Shown: piece by piece, positions 36,021 through 48,260 of the stretch
Layout: each line of letters opens with the position of its first letter
Position numbering within the stretch: position 1 is the stretch's first letter
NCBI GenBank assembly: GCA_030770535.1
Contig: JASVEC010000002.1
Location: 1,054,001 to 1,118,000, forward strand
DNA length: 64,000 nt
Origin: Batkoa obscura
Lineage: Eukaryota
Direction of reading: 5' to 3'
Notes under the pieces: generated by a model
What the model saw: only the letters and a program-made list of their open reading frames with translations
Told to the model about the DNA's origin: nothing
The model's database searches: none
Translations under genes and position numbers: made by a program

Positions 36021-38007
36021 ATATATTATCAAAGTTTACTATTGATAATAATAAACTTAATCAAGTAATGTATAAAATTAGTGCTTTAAGGGAAACAGGA
36101 AATAAAAATCAGCAAGCAGCGTTATTATCAACTATAGCTTCAGTATATTCTTTTGATGAATGTAAGAGTTTTGGGTTTAATATAAATAGAAATCAATATG
36201 ATTATTCAAAAATAAATAATAATAATAAAATATCAACATTACAACCTATTATTAAAAATACAAAAAAAATTAAAGATTACCAAATCGAAACTATCATACA
36301 ATATTTACTAAATGATTCAACTATTTCATCAAGATTTAAAAAAAATAATGATAGTAAATATTCATCAGATAATATATATATTAAATAAAAGTAGAAGAAT
36401 GATATATAGTAAATATTTGAATGATCTAAGAGATAAAGCAGTAGCTAGGTCAACGTTCTTTAAATATATACCAACTAATTTCAAAAATCCAGCAAGAAAA
36501 ACGGATCTATGTAATATATGTACCCAGTATACAGTTAGAAAAAAGTTATTTGAAAATAAAATAAATACAGCAAAAAACAAAGCAGAGATAGAAGAAATTT
36601 TCAACGAAGAAGAAAAATTATACAAATTACATAAATTCTGTGTTGATACTCAAAAAAACACATTTAATGAAACTATCAAAAAATTAAATAACAAAAGTTG
36701 TATAATAGTTTTAGATTTTAAAGAAAATATGGAAATAGGAACAAGACCAGATTCAATAAATCTAGATCATTATAATAAACAAGCTATATCAGTATTAGGT
36801 TTTGGTGTATTATATTTAAAAGATGATAAAACAATAGGCAAAGTTTACTTTGATTATTTATCTGAAATTTTGAATCATGATTCAGCATATGCAGGAGATT
36901 GTTTAATCAATTTGATCTCTACAGAGCTTCTATTTAAAAAGTTTACAAAAATCAATATATGGGCAGATACAGGAAATCATTTTAGATCCCAAGAGTTTCT
37001 ACACTATATGTTTAAAGAAATTCATAAAATAAATAGTAGTTTGAATGTTAATCTTAATTTTTTTGCTGAGCATCATGGAAAAAGTATAGTTGATGGACAT
37101 TTTGGAAACCTTTCAAAATGGAAAAGTAGCTTTGAAGCGTTAGGTAAAATAGAAGATATCGATCAATTAATTTCAAGATTTGAGGCTTTTATTTGTGAGC
37201 ATAATAAAATTAATAACTCGACTATTAATAATGAGAAAACAGATATAATTTTTAAAAAGTACAAAAAAACAAAAATACAAAAAGAATAATAGAGATTCAG
37301 GGCATTAAGAAGTATTTACACTTTATTAAACATAACAATAAACTACATTGTTATCCAGTATCTGATACATCAAAAAAAAGCGATATAGTTCCAATTAGAG
37401 TTATAGAGTCTATAGAGAACAGAAAAATTAAAAGATCGATCCCAGCTTACCTTACGAAGATAACAGAGAATTTAAAATTTTCGATATTTACTAAGCAAGT
37501 AAGTAGTTTGTTAAATGATAGAAATAGATTGTTAAATGTTAAGATTACTTAAGTTATTAATAGCTAAGTTAATAAATAGTCAAAGAACAAGTAACTGTAA
37601 TAATATGTAAAAACTATTATTACTTGTACTATATAGGGATGGTCAATTATAGTTTTTGGGCTAACCACTCCCTCCCATGCAGCTATTTATTAACTTGGCA
37701 ACATATTAATAATGTAGTTATAAAATTAAAATAGTTTATTTATTTGATAATAAATCTACAATGTTGGTTATAAAGCAGTTGATAATGAATATTTCTCAAT
37801 TAAATTTTATAAGAACATGTATTTAAGATCTAGTAGAAATTCAACTAACTTACAGTATGAGCTATAATAGAATGATTTAGAACTGTGTCTGGGTACTTTT
37901 GTTTTAATAAAAGATGTGATTTTATAGAATTTTAAGCGAAGTTTTTAAAATACAAAATTTTTCAAAAATTGGATAAAATAATGAAACTAATTCAGACAAC
38001 CCCATAT

Positions 38008-38106
38008 GGGAGTGTTTTTTTTGACTTCATTGTTTTTTCCATTTTTCAAGCACTATTTAAGCGGAAAATTTGTTGGTAAAATTCTTAAACACAAAAATAC
38101 ATCCCC
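38008..38106 (-). mobile_element. MITE inserted in the right TSD of the large element
   Basis: Shares ATAT 38004-38007. Confidence 0.92.
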
Positions 38107-38116
38107 ATATGTATAT

Positions 38117-38208
38117 GAAGATGTTTTTTTTAATTTCATTACTTCCATTTTTTGAGCGCTATTTGAGCGGAAAATTTATTAGCAAAATTTATAAAAAAAA
38201 TACATCCC
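38117..38208 (-). mobile_element. MITE copy
   Basis: Family match. Confidence 0.85.
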
Positions 38209-38579
38209 TATTTCTTAAAAATTATCAGATCATTATAAGAACAAAAATTTAAACTTTCATGGATATATACCCAAATTGAAAATGTAAGGCTGTTTTTTTG
38301 TTTTGTCACTTTTACCATTTTAAAGTTTGGATAAAAATTTTGCCAAAAAAACTAACTTTACCTTGATTGAGTTCTATTTTATTAGATGGAAGATAGTATG
38401 GACTAATAATTTTAGTTGCCAAACTTTATCTAGTCAGATCTCAATGTGGAAGGGAGATTTTTCTATTATGGCTTCGCGTTATCTTCTTTTAATTTACTTT
38501 TTATTGTTCACAAATAAGATACTTTAAGGATTTAGTCTTTTCAAGAAATTTTAAAAGTTTACATAGAAATTGAGCATAG

Positions 38580-38674
38580 GGGAATGTATTTTTTTGTTTA
38601 AGAATTTTACCAATAATCTTTCCACTTAAATGGCGCTTAAAGATGGAAAAGTAATGAAATCAAAAAATATCTCC
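38580..38674 (+). mobile_element. MITE copy
   Basis: Family match, ATAG TSD. Confidence 0.9.
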
Positions 38675-40034
38675 ATAGACTTTATTGATATCTAAATTTT
38701 ACTTTGTACTAAATAAAATACATATATCAAATCGTTTTAGGCCCTCATAATAGGACTGATCTTTTATAAGACTAAATTGGCACTTCAAAAACCATATCTA
38801 AGATGTCGGTTAATATTTCCTGTACTTCTATACTTTAGTAAATCTATCAAACACACAATAAACTCTCTTTTGCAAATAGCGATAGTAGGTCTATCAATTT
38901 CATTTTTAAATAAAAATAAAAAATCACTTATTCGAAGGAATTTAATAAGCTAAGTTATAGTTAGCTATGAATAAGAGTAGATATGAGAAACTACTCAACC
39001 ACTGTCTCTTCTTTATCAAACTTTATTAAGCTATTTTATTGAATAAAACGCTTGGAAGTTGTATGACTCTTTAGAAATATAAAAAAAGCCAGTACAAAAA
39101 ATAGAAATGATCAATTTTTAATAAAATGATCTAATAAAAATATCGGTACGGTAAAACTTTAGCTCAAAACTACCTAAATTATTTTTATTACAATACGATT
39201 ATTCCAATTCTATTGAGACTTTTTTAACCGTTCATTTAACAATAATAATTGCCAAAGTTAGATTCAAAATTCAAGATTAAGCTTGAAATAGTCAATAGGT
39301 GAAAACAGCTAATTCTAGGAGTTAACGCAAAGCGGATCCCAATACAATTGCAGTAGTTGTAGCTCAAGTATAAAAGTTTAATTAAAATGAAAAAAACGCT
39401 TCAATTGTTTTTAATTAAAAGGTCTATATAGCACCCTGAATCAATGTATCTGCACTGAAATAGGTCTTTCTAAATTACTGTTGCCTGTGCTAATATGTGA
39501 CTAATTTACCAGCTTTGAAATTTGTGATAGTCTGTATTAACTTTTATTTTCTAATAATAGAAAAATATGTATTTATTGCGCTAGCTATAAACTTTTAATT
39601 GCATTTATGCAAGATGATTAAAGTAGCAAACTTGAACAATAAATTCAAATTCAATACTCTATGGTTCATTTTATAATTTCAGTGTAAAAGCGATCAATTG
39701 GTTGATACTATTGAAAGCTTAGTATAAGTCAATAACTGCTATATGATATAGTATAATATACTTTTTGAAGTAAATAGTTTACTAATTAAAGCTATTAGTA
39801 TGAATGCTAAAAGTAGGGTCATAAAGTTTTTTAAGTTTTTTAAACTATTTCCGGATATACAATTCTCTATATTTCTATATGTTCACCTGTCTAACTAATT
39901 TATAAAATTTAAATTATAAAGGCGGAAAATAGAATGATATGACAATTAATTTTAGAATAGTTTCATAAAAGGGTATATTATTCTCAGCAAGGCAAATATA
40001 AAAGAGAAGAACATAATACATTTATAATTTAAAA

Positions 40035-41979
40035 ATGTTTACTTTGATTTCAGTATTGGGGTCTTTCCTTGTATTATTTCTGGCCTTTTATGTTTATAAA
40101 GTAGTTAATTATTTATATCTACTTGTTTTAACCTAATTTTGTCTTTGAAGGTTATACACAGTATATTTTTTAGTCCATTAAAAAATGTACCTGGGCCATT
40201 AATCAACTTGATATTTCCCTTTGTAAATTATATCTATATAATAAATGGTACTTATCCAGAGTATGCTCTTAATCTGCATAAAAAACACGGAAATGTAGTA
40301 AGGTTGAGTAAGTATCAAGGTTAAAGTTAATCATTATGATAATAGTAATAATGAAATCAGGCTGGAGTAAAATATCCTTTTCCTCGGATTCAGCACTAAA
40401 AGAGATTTACTCAACTTATTCTTACATAAAGGATCAGACTTATGAAATATTTCAAATAATAGGAGAAACCATTCTTAGTACAAGGTAATGAAGAAGTAGT
40501 ATTAGATAGCTATAATTAATAATTTAATAGAAGTAGAGCTTTTCATCGTCAAAGAGTAATGTTTTAAGTAATCTATAAGATAAAAATTAACAGTTAGAAA
40601 AAAATTATTGCACCATCTTTCTCGGAGAAGGCAATAGAGAGCATAGAATATTTAGTAAAAAAGAATGTTGACATTTTCGTCAATAAAGTGGATGCTCTTG
40701 CAACTCAAAACCAAAAGTTAGATCTTGGTCTTTACTTTCATTACTTTGCTTTTGTAGGCTATTTTTGTAAATCATTTCTGTTTATAATAACATAATAGGA
40801 TATAATTGGAGACCTAGCGTTTGGTAAATCATTCAACATGTTAAGGGATGGTTATCATCCAATAGTAAAATGGACACATGATATATCCAAACTCAGTATT
40901 TTGGTATAGTATTGGTATTTATATTTTACGTAGTATTCATATGATATTAGGTACTTTTGTTCCCGTTTTTGAAATACCATCAGTTTGATAGTATTAAAAA
41001 GCTATATGAGGTAATAGTTACTAGAGCTGCCATTGCAATTATTAAATCAAACTTAGTTTACATATGAATCAATAAAAGAAGCTAGAAATAGCCCAGACAG
41101 AGCCAATATTTTAAATACTTTAATCAAAGCAACAGACCCAGATACCGGAGGGCATTTGAGTGAAAAGGAAATAGCTGAGGAATCGATTTTACAAATGTAA
41201 TCATAAGACTTAATTTACTTAATTTAATTAATGTATTCTTTTTTAAAGTGGTGCTGGAACTGATACTACTTCAAATTCGCTTACATGGTAATCTAATGTA
41301 GTATAGTTAACATTGCTAGAAAATTAATCAACATAACTAGGATATTTTATTCGTTAACTAATAATCCAGAAGTATATAAAAAAGTCAAAGAAGAAATGCT
41401 TACAATATTCCCAGATAAAGACTTAATTACTTATACTAAATGTAAGTCAGAATGTCATTATCTTAGTGCCGTAATTCACGAAAGTTTAAGAATCTTACCA
41501 GTAGCTGGTAGTGCGCCAACAAGAGTTGTACCTAAAGGAGGTAGGGTAATTGATGGTTATTATATACCAGAAAAGGTAAAATATAGGATAATTAAAAGTT
41601 AAGTTATTAATGAATTTTAGGTCACTGTTGGAGTAACCATTAATGCTTTACATAATTCACCCTCAGTATGGAAAAACCCAAATGTCTTCGACCCTCAAAG
41701 ATGGCTAGAAGATGGAAAATTCAAAACTAATTCAAATTTTTCACCCTTTTTAATAGGGCCTAGAGCTTGTGTTGGTAGAACGTAAGTTTTTAATTAATGG
41801 TTTAATTGCATAGTTTATTTTATTTGTTTAGTTTGGCTTGGATGGAATTGTATTTAGTTTGTGCAAATATGATAAGAAACTTCACTTTCAAAAGGATTGA
41901 TAAGAAAAAGATTAGTCGCAAAAATTATGTTACTACTAAACCTGGTGAACCTATCGAAGTTTCTATAATTAAAAATTAA
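40035..41979 (+). CDS. Cytochrome P450 monooxygenase, ~11 short introns
   Basis: N-terminal TM anchor, SPLKNVPGP, AGTDTTS (I-helix), ESLR, PQRW, FLIGPRACVG heme motif. Confidence 0.92.
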
Positions 41980-42298
41980 AACATGTTATAGCTGACATAA
42001 TTTTGTCTTGAGTTATATGTTGATTTTTTTAAAGTTCTACCAGTAAATTCTATGGGCTATTCTTAAGCTTTTGATAAGTTTCTAATAAGCAAAATTGAAA
42101 GGGATATAAATAATGTTTTTATATTTATCTCCAAGCTTTTATTAGATTATTGATTAAATTTAAGTCCTTTTTATATAAAGTGAAATAATAAATGAAAATG
42201 ATAGCTATCAAAGCAATATAAATATTATTTTTAAAACTTTATATACTTACATGAATATTACAATATTATTAGAAGGGTAATGTTTTTAATTACTATAT

Positions 42299-42396
42299 GA
42301 GGATGTTTTTTTGGCTTCATTACTTTTTCCATCCTTCAAGCACTATTTGAGCGGAAATTTTATTAGTAAAATTCTTAAACCTAAAAATACACCCCC
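42299..42396 (-). mobile_element. MITE copy
   Basis: Family match, ATAT TSD. Confidence 0.92.
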
Positions 42397-42515
42397 ATAT
42401 AGATTAAATAAAATTCAAAAAGGGATTAACAAAAACATGAAAAGAGGTAAAAACTTACCTACCTGCCTATTTTAAATTCATCATTTTAATTATTGTTCTA
42501 AATATCTGTATATAT

Positions 42516-42613
42516 GAGGATGTATTTTTGTATTTAATAATTTTACTAACAAATTTTCCGCTTAATAGCGCTTAAAAAATCGAAAAAATAATGAAGTCAA
42601 AAAAAATACTCCC
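42516..42613 (+). mobile_element. MITE copy
   Basis: Family match, ATAT TSD. Confidence 0.92.
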
Positions 42614-43175
42614 ATATTATATTTTTTTGGTTCTTTTTCCAATTTTTAAGCTCGAAATCTGGACAATTTGCTAGTTGATAGAAAGCAAAATGTGTTTTGC
42701 ATAAGCTAAATTGTCACTGAAGTTCCCCTGCTTTTTTGACCTTAGCTAGCTTAAAAAACAATAAAAAGCCAATCACTGGAGACAAATGAGATAGAAAATG
42801 GAAGTATAAACTGGAAAACTATGCTATAAATAGATGCCAACTTAATTATATATAAATATTATAAAAATAAAAATAAGAATAAAAAAATGAAAATAGTTAC
42901 ATTTTGTTTTAATATATATATTGTTCTTGATATAAAATAAGTAATTTAAAAAAACTGATAAGTCTAGTTTATATTAAAATATAAATACTGTAATTTAAAA
43001 ATAATATGGAATACTAATATTTTTTAATTTAAGATACTTATATTTATTTTTAAATTAAATTGCTTATTTATTAACTTATTTAAATATATATATTTATTAG
43101 AATATTATAACATAAACTTATTATAAATATAAAAGTTATCATTTCTAAAATTGCTACATTTTAATTAAAACATAT

Positions 43176-43272
43176 GGGGATGTATTTTTTGTTTGATATC
43201 TTACTAATAATCTTTCCACTCAAATAGTGTTTAAAAGATCGAAAAAGTGATGAAGCCAAAAAAAACACCCTC
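43176..43272 (+). mobile_element. MITE copy
   Basis: Family match, ATAT TSD. Confidence 0.92.
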
Positions 43273-43737
43273 ATATATATGATAAAGACTGGGACTAATA
43301 TTGAAGTTAGGGGATTAAAGTAGTTAGAGTTAGCATCAAGATTATAACTAGGGTTGAGGTTAAAGCTTTATTTTTAGTACACTAGAATAATCCAATTGTT
43401 TTCTACTCTTCATTAAGCCACTTATTACCTTCCAAACATTATAAAATACTTTATTTTGTACATATTTTATAATTTGGTTTAATATCAATATTATAAACAG
43501 AGGTATAGCCCAAAGTATCGAAAAATAATAAGCTTCAGTATTTAATTTGTATTATTCAAAAAAGTATGACAAACTGTCAAGTCTATAAATAAATTATTTC
43601 ATCTTACATTACTAGGCTCTATTATCTCAGGCAAAGATTGTAAAAATTAATAATTATTTCATTAATAAAGATCTGATTAACTAATAACAAAGCAGGTGAA
43701 ATGAAATAAACAATATCAAAGTATAGTTCATTTAAAA

Positions 43738-43746
43738 ATCAGATAA
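43738..43746 (+). promoter_or_regulatory. Candidate iron-responsive GATA site ATCAGATAA
   Basis: ~80 bp upstream of the second siderophore-transporter copy; ATCAGATAAG in gene-sense orientation, as in the paralog. Confidence 0.45.
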
Positions 43747-43816
43747 GAAAATTAGGGCTTATTTGAGTAACAGTATACAAGGACTAAAATAGTATTTATC
43801 AGACTATTGATAAAAA

Positions 43817-45499
43817 GTGAATTGTAATTTAGCAGGCGAGTTCGGTATTAAATCAAATAAGAGAGATGAAACTATTGAGTATAATTTAGATGAATTAGGG
43901 GTCCAAAGGATGGCAAACATACGTAGTATAATGGCTCAAAAAGGACTATGGTTATGCTATATAGGTCTGTTCTTGATCACATTCATAACTTCTTTAGAAT
44001 CCAATCTCCGCTATAATCTTCTAAACATATCACTAGAAGAATTCAGCTCCAATTCCTTAACAAGTGTCCTATCTGTAATAGCAAATTTACTTGGAACTAT
44101 TTTGATTCCATTATACTCTAAGTTCACCGACTATTTTGGACGTACTGAATTATTTTTACTTAGCTTAACTATTTACTTAATAGGCTTAATATTTATTTCA
44201 ACTGTTATCTCTTTTTCTACTTACTTTTCAGGCTGGCTACTCGCCAGTATTGGTTCCACTGGGTATGAAACCATTAAATTAATCCTGATGGCTGACTTAA
44301 CCTCACTAGAAAATTGAACTATTTTAGAGGCACTTGATTTAGTCCCACTTGCAATCAATAGCTGGTTAGCCACTTTCCTTGCTACCCCTTTATCTGAAAA
44401 TCTCGGCTGGCGATGGGGTACAAAAATTCCAGCTATTGCGTTTGTACTTTTTGTTGCTCTATTTTTTATCACCATGTTTCATTTACATCGTAAAGCTAAA
44501 AGACAAACTGATATTTTAATAAGTATCCGTCAGTTTGGGGCTACTTATAGTTTAAGAAAGATTTATAAAGAAATAGATCTAATTGGGTTCTTCTTGTTCA
44601 TTGCCAGTTTAATCATGATCTTGCTACCTCTGAATATTGCTGGCACCTTAGAAAATGGCTGGAAGACACCTAGTATGATTTTACTAATTCTTTTAGGAGC
44701 TGTTTTATTAATAATCCTCATCTTATGGGAGTACAAATACGCCAACAAATCATCAATTCCTTTAAAACTATTAAAGAATAGGACAGCTTTAGGTGCCATA
44801 TTAATTTTGGTCTGTGTTGGAATTGATAGCAGTTTAAATTGGCAATGCTTTTTATTATATTTCATGATTACTCGAAAATTGGATCCAACAAGAGCCACTT
44901 TATTATTCAAAGGTTATCAGATGGGGTATTTGGTTTCTGGTTTCTTTGTTGCTTTCTCAATTAAAAAGAAGCTAAATTTAAAATATTTTTTGATTGCAGG
45001 TGCTGCTTTAAACTGTATCGGTATAGGCACCATGATTCCTTCTAGACTTCCACATTCTACCGAGTTTTCAATTCATGTCACTCAAACGATTGCTGGCGTA
45101 GGACAAACTATCTTAGATATAGGGATTGTTGTGGCCTATCAAGGTTCAGTAAGTAGAAAAAACGTAGCAACAATAACTGGTACTGCTCAAATTTTACGAG
45201 GTATTTTCAGTGCATTTGGAAATACAGTTGCTGGTACCGTTTGGAATCAAGTGATACCAGAATTGATAAAGCAATATGTTGAGGGTAACATTGATATCAC
45301 TAAGGCTATGAATGAAATGACCTATATTTGGGGATTGCCAGAAAATCGATCCGAGCAGGTTGTAACTGCTTTTGGAGATGGTCAAATGACCATTTCGGCT
45401 ATATCTTGTGGTTTGGCAGGGATTGGATTCTTGATTACTGTTTTTATGATTAAATCTATCGATATTCATAATACTCAAAAGTTTGATGAGTATAAATAG
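43817..45499 (+). pseudogene. Siderophore-transporter paralog with GTG start and a single in-frame TGA (44315-44317)
   Basis: ORFs 43817-44317 and 44474-45499 are in the same frame with no other stop between them. The TGA aligns with Arg of LANR in 32141-33850. Confidence 0.85.
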
Positions 45500-45543
45500 T
45501 AAATCTGGCTTTAAGTTTCGGTATTTTTTTAAAAATACAATGC

Positions 45544-45639
45544 GGGGATGCGTTTTTTTGTTTAAGAATTTTACTATAATCTTTCCACTCAAATAGCGCT
45601 TAAAAAATGGAAAAATAATGGAACTAGAAAAACAACCCC
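45544..45639 (+). mobile_element. MITE copy
   Basis: Family match; flanks ATGC/ATAC. Confidence 0.9.
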
Positions 45640-46336
45640 ATACTGTAAAAAATTAAAGATATTATTTATTAATTCATCTAATAAAGTTAAAAATTTTGGT
45701 GCATTGAAATATTTTATTAAAGCTAAGGCCAAACAAAATTATTTTTGTGCTTAGTGATTTACAATCTATAGTTTTTAAAATATAGAGTACTTTTTATCGC
45801 AAACATTAAAGCTATTTCCTTAAGTATGATTTGCATTGAGGAAAGGATAATGTTCATGAGTAAAAATAAGCCTTAAAAGTGAAAGATATTTAAGGACGAT
45901 AACATTTTTGCAATAGCAAGCTATATGAAATAAACGCAGTAGTATAGCAGTAATCAATACAATGTTGTTATCTTAACTAACTTACTAAAAGTGGGATTAG
46001 AGTACTATCTGAAGAAAACTGATGTAATAAACTGCTGATATCTTTTTATGAAATTCTCTTGCAATTGAATGAAAACTAAACTTGTGATATTTTGATCTGA
46101 TCAGATGTCTCGTCGATGCGTACACAGCCTATATCAGTTATAGATGAATCAATATAACCACACTAGTGTTTTAATTTAAAATAGTTACTATTTATTGAAT
46201 TTTATTTAAGTAATATAAACTTTGTTTAATATATAAAATAGCATTCATATGTAATAGTGAATTCATCGTGAATAGAAAGATAAAATATCAACAAGAACTT
46301 GAATATTAAAAGAAAATGAAATAAAATTATATATTA

Positions 46337-46702
46337 CTAATTATTATTTAAATGTGTAGCCACCTTAGGTGTTAATGAGATGTGAATAGTAGATTGAAAT
46401 TTATTTGCCGAATCCAATGAGTCTGGGAACCCATACATCAACATTAGATCAAAAGGAACCATCTTCATCTTATTCCTAGCTTCTTTTAATGCTAAATCTG
46501 AACCGAAATGTGACCCCCAACTAAAATCAACATCATAAACTTCATAACTACTATACCTTTTTTTATTAAATTTGGATTTGATCGTTCTGCCTTCACACTT
46601 TATAAACTGAAGCTTATTACATAATTGTATCTTGAGTTCTTCTTCTTCTCGCTGATAAAGACTCTGTACCTTACTTAGGACTTTTTTAAAAGATTTCTGC
46701 AT
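46337..46702 (-). CDS. Hypothetical small basic protein (orphan family B)
   Basis: 121-aa ATG ORF, paralogous to 49560-49868 (MQKSFKKVLSKVQSL..EELKIQLCNKLQF). Confidence 0.7.
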   Translation of the reverse strand: MQKSFKKVLSKVQSLYQREEEELKIQLCNKLQFIKCEGRTIKSKFNKKRYSSYEVYDVDFSWGSHFGSDLALKEARNKMKMVPFDLMLMYGFPDSLDSANKFQSTIHISLTPKVATHLNNN

Positions 46703-47725
46703 TGAGGGTTCAAATTAAGTTATATACGTTTATTTTTATCTAGCATTTTTACACTATTTATACCTTTTTATTCAAAATGAAATTTAGTTTACAATATTAT
46801 TAAAATTAAAATGCAAATGACTTCATTAGCTAATTAATAAGCAAATAAAAAATAGAAATTCTAAAAGATTAAAAGTTTTACACTTTTATTTGATCATAAA
46901 GCTAAATAAAGCTAACATATAAAGCTATATAATTAATAATTTTAATTTATCCAATTTAAAATATTCAACTCCCTATGTTTACTATTGATAGTACTTATTA
47001 CCTTGGTTCACCCCATCCTTTTTTTAATTCCCCTTATTTAAATCTCTTTATTGACTTGCTATATGCTTGCTGCCCCTAAATTTTATTAACTGCTTCTATT
47101 AGTAAAACAAAGTCACTTTTCTTTTTTCTATTTATCTTTTTTATTAATTTGACTAACAATGTTATGTTACGATAGTAATGAAAATACCGATGTATTGCGT
47201 TTGTATTACTAAAACAAAAAATTTCAGCTTTTTCATCAACTATATGGATATATTGAATTTCACTTTACACCTAGAATTTAGATTTAAAAAATAGTAGTAA
47301 ATTGGTCACTTTTTGTCGTGTAGTAATGATAACTTCTATCACCATCTTTATTGTTTTCATTGATCGATCATATTTAATAACCTAAATAACCCCATTTTCT
47401 ACTATCTTATTTATTTTTCTTTAACGTATTGATTTATCTTTTGTCTTGGTGTGATAAAGTGTTATTATTGAAGGCATATTGTTAGACCTATTAACACATA
47501 TTTCTCATTTCTAACTATAGTTATAGTATCATGTATTATCTTAAACATATAAATATGGCAGTTATTGTGAAATTCTATTTCAGTTATTTTTTCAAAGATT
47601 TATTTATCAAGTTAAAATTCATTCCAACCACCATTTAATCAAAGGCATTTTTTAATCAATAGACTGGGGGCGGGTTTGTTGAAATAAAGTATACTAAAGC
47701 TATAAAACATCTCTAGGCATCTTTT
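46337..47725. repeat. Direct segmental duplication copy 1 (gene plus ~1 kb upstream); partner ~49500-50945
   Basis: Colinear diverged similarity through the ORF and upstream region, ending at GGGGGCGGGTTT...ctaggcat. Confidence 0.8.
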
Positions 47726-48103
47726 AATAAATAGCAATTAATAAGATGAACTATAGGCGAATAAGGTAAGTAAATAAAAGCAACTAACATCCTTTGAGTA
47801 AGGATGGGCAAAACATGTTTTGCCTTTTTCCATTTTTAACAATCCTTTTTCTGAATTTTACTTTGTAACGTATTTAAAAGGTTATCTTTTGTCCTTACCT
47901 AAAAGGATAGTGTAAATTTTTAAAAATGATTAAAAATTGATTTCAACCAATAAGGAGACATAAGAATTGGCCAATTAGAAAGGATCAAACTATAAGATTA
48001 TGCTATTGCCATGAAAGATAGGAGATGAGGTGATAGCCTATAATATAGCTCCTTGGTCTAAACAAGATAACTGGTATGAGCTTAAATCTTTTTTTGTTTT
48101 TGT

Positions 48104-48260
48104 TACGCCTTTTTGAAAAATGTATAAAACCTCGATGATTTAGCAACTACAAGCAAGAAAACTAAACAGAATACTGAAATTTGTAGTATTGTTTAATTTT
48201 TTATTTTTTTCTTGCAATTGCTAAACCGTCAAAGTTTTATACATTTTTTAAAAATGTATA
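48104..48260. mobile_element. Fold-back/hairpin element, unrelated to the main MITE
   Basis: Arms ttttgaaaaatgtataaaacctcgatgatttagcaactacaag and the reverse complement of cttgcaattgctaaaccgtcaaagttttatacattttttaaaa; TA at both outer edges. Confidence 0.6.

Larger units (their letters stand above)
35638..37552 (+). pseudogene. Transposase pseudogene (Sola2-like) with two MITE insertions, one in-frame stop and two frameshifts
   Basis: Motifs KTDLCNIC, VLDFKEN, LNHDS, WADTGNHFRS, FFAEHHGKSIVDGHFG and, in a shifted frame, IQGIKKYLHF. Removing both MITEs extends the frame 5'. The true start was not identified. Confidence 0.8.
35339..38003 (+). mobile_element. Sola2-like DDE DNA transposon (inactivated), ATAT target-site duplication
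   Basis: Imperfect TIRs: GGAGCTGTCCTAATTGGTTTCA on the left, GGGGTTGTCTGAATTAGTTTCA (reverse complement) on the right. Flanked by ATAT at 35335-35338 and 38004-38007; encloses a transposase. Confidence 0.8.

Noticed and set aside
36365..38527. ORFs 36365-36625, 38070-38252 and 38327-38527
   Set aside because: Antisense to the transposase, derived from MITEs, or motif-less.
44221..45592. Minus-strand ORFs 44221-44475, 44563-44910 and 45194-45592
   Set aside because: Antisense shadows of the transporter pseudogene.
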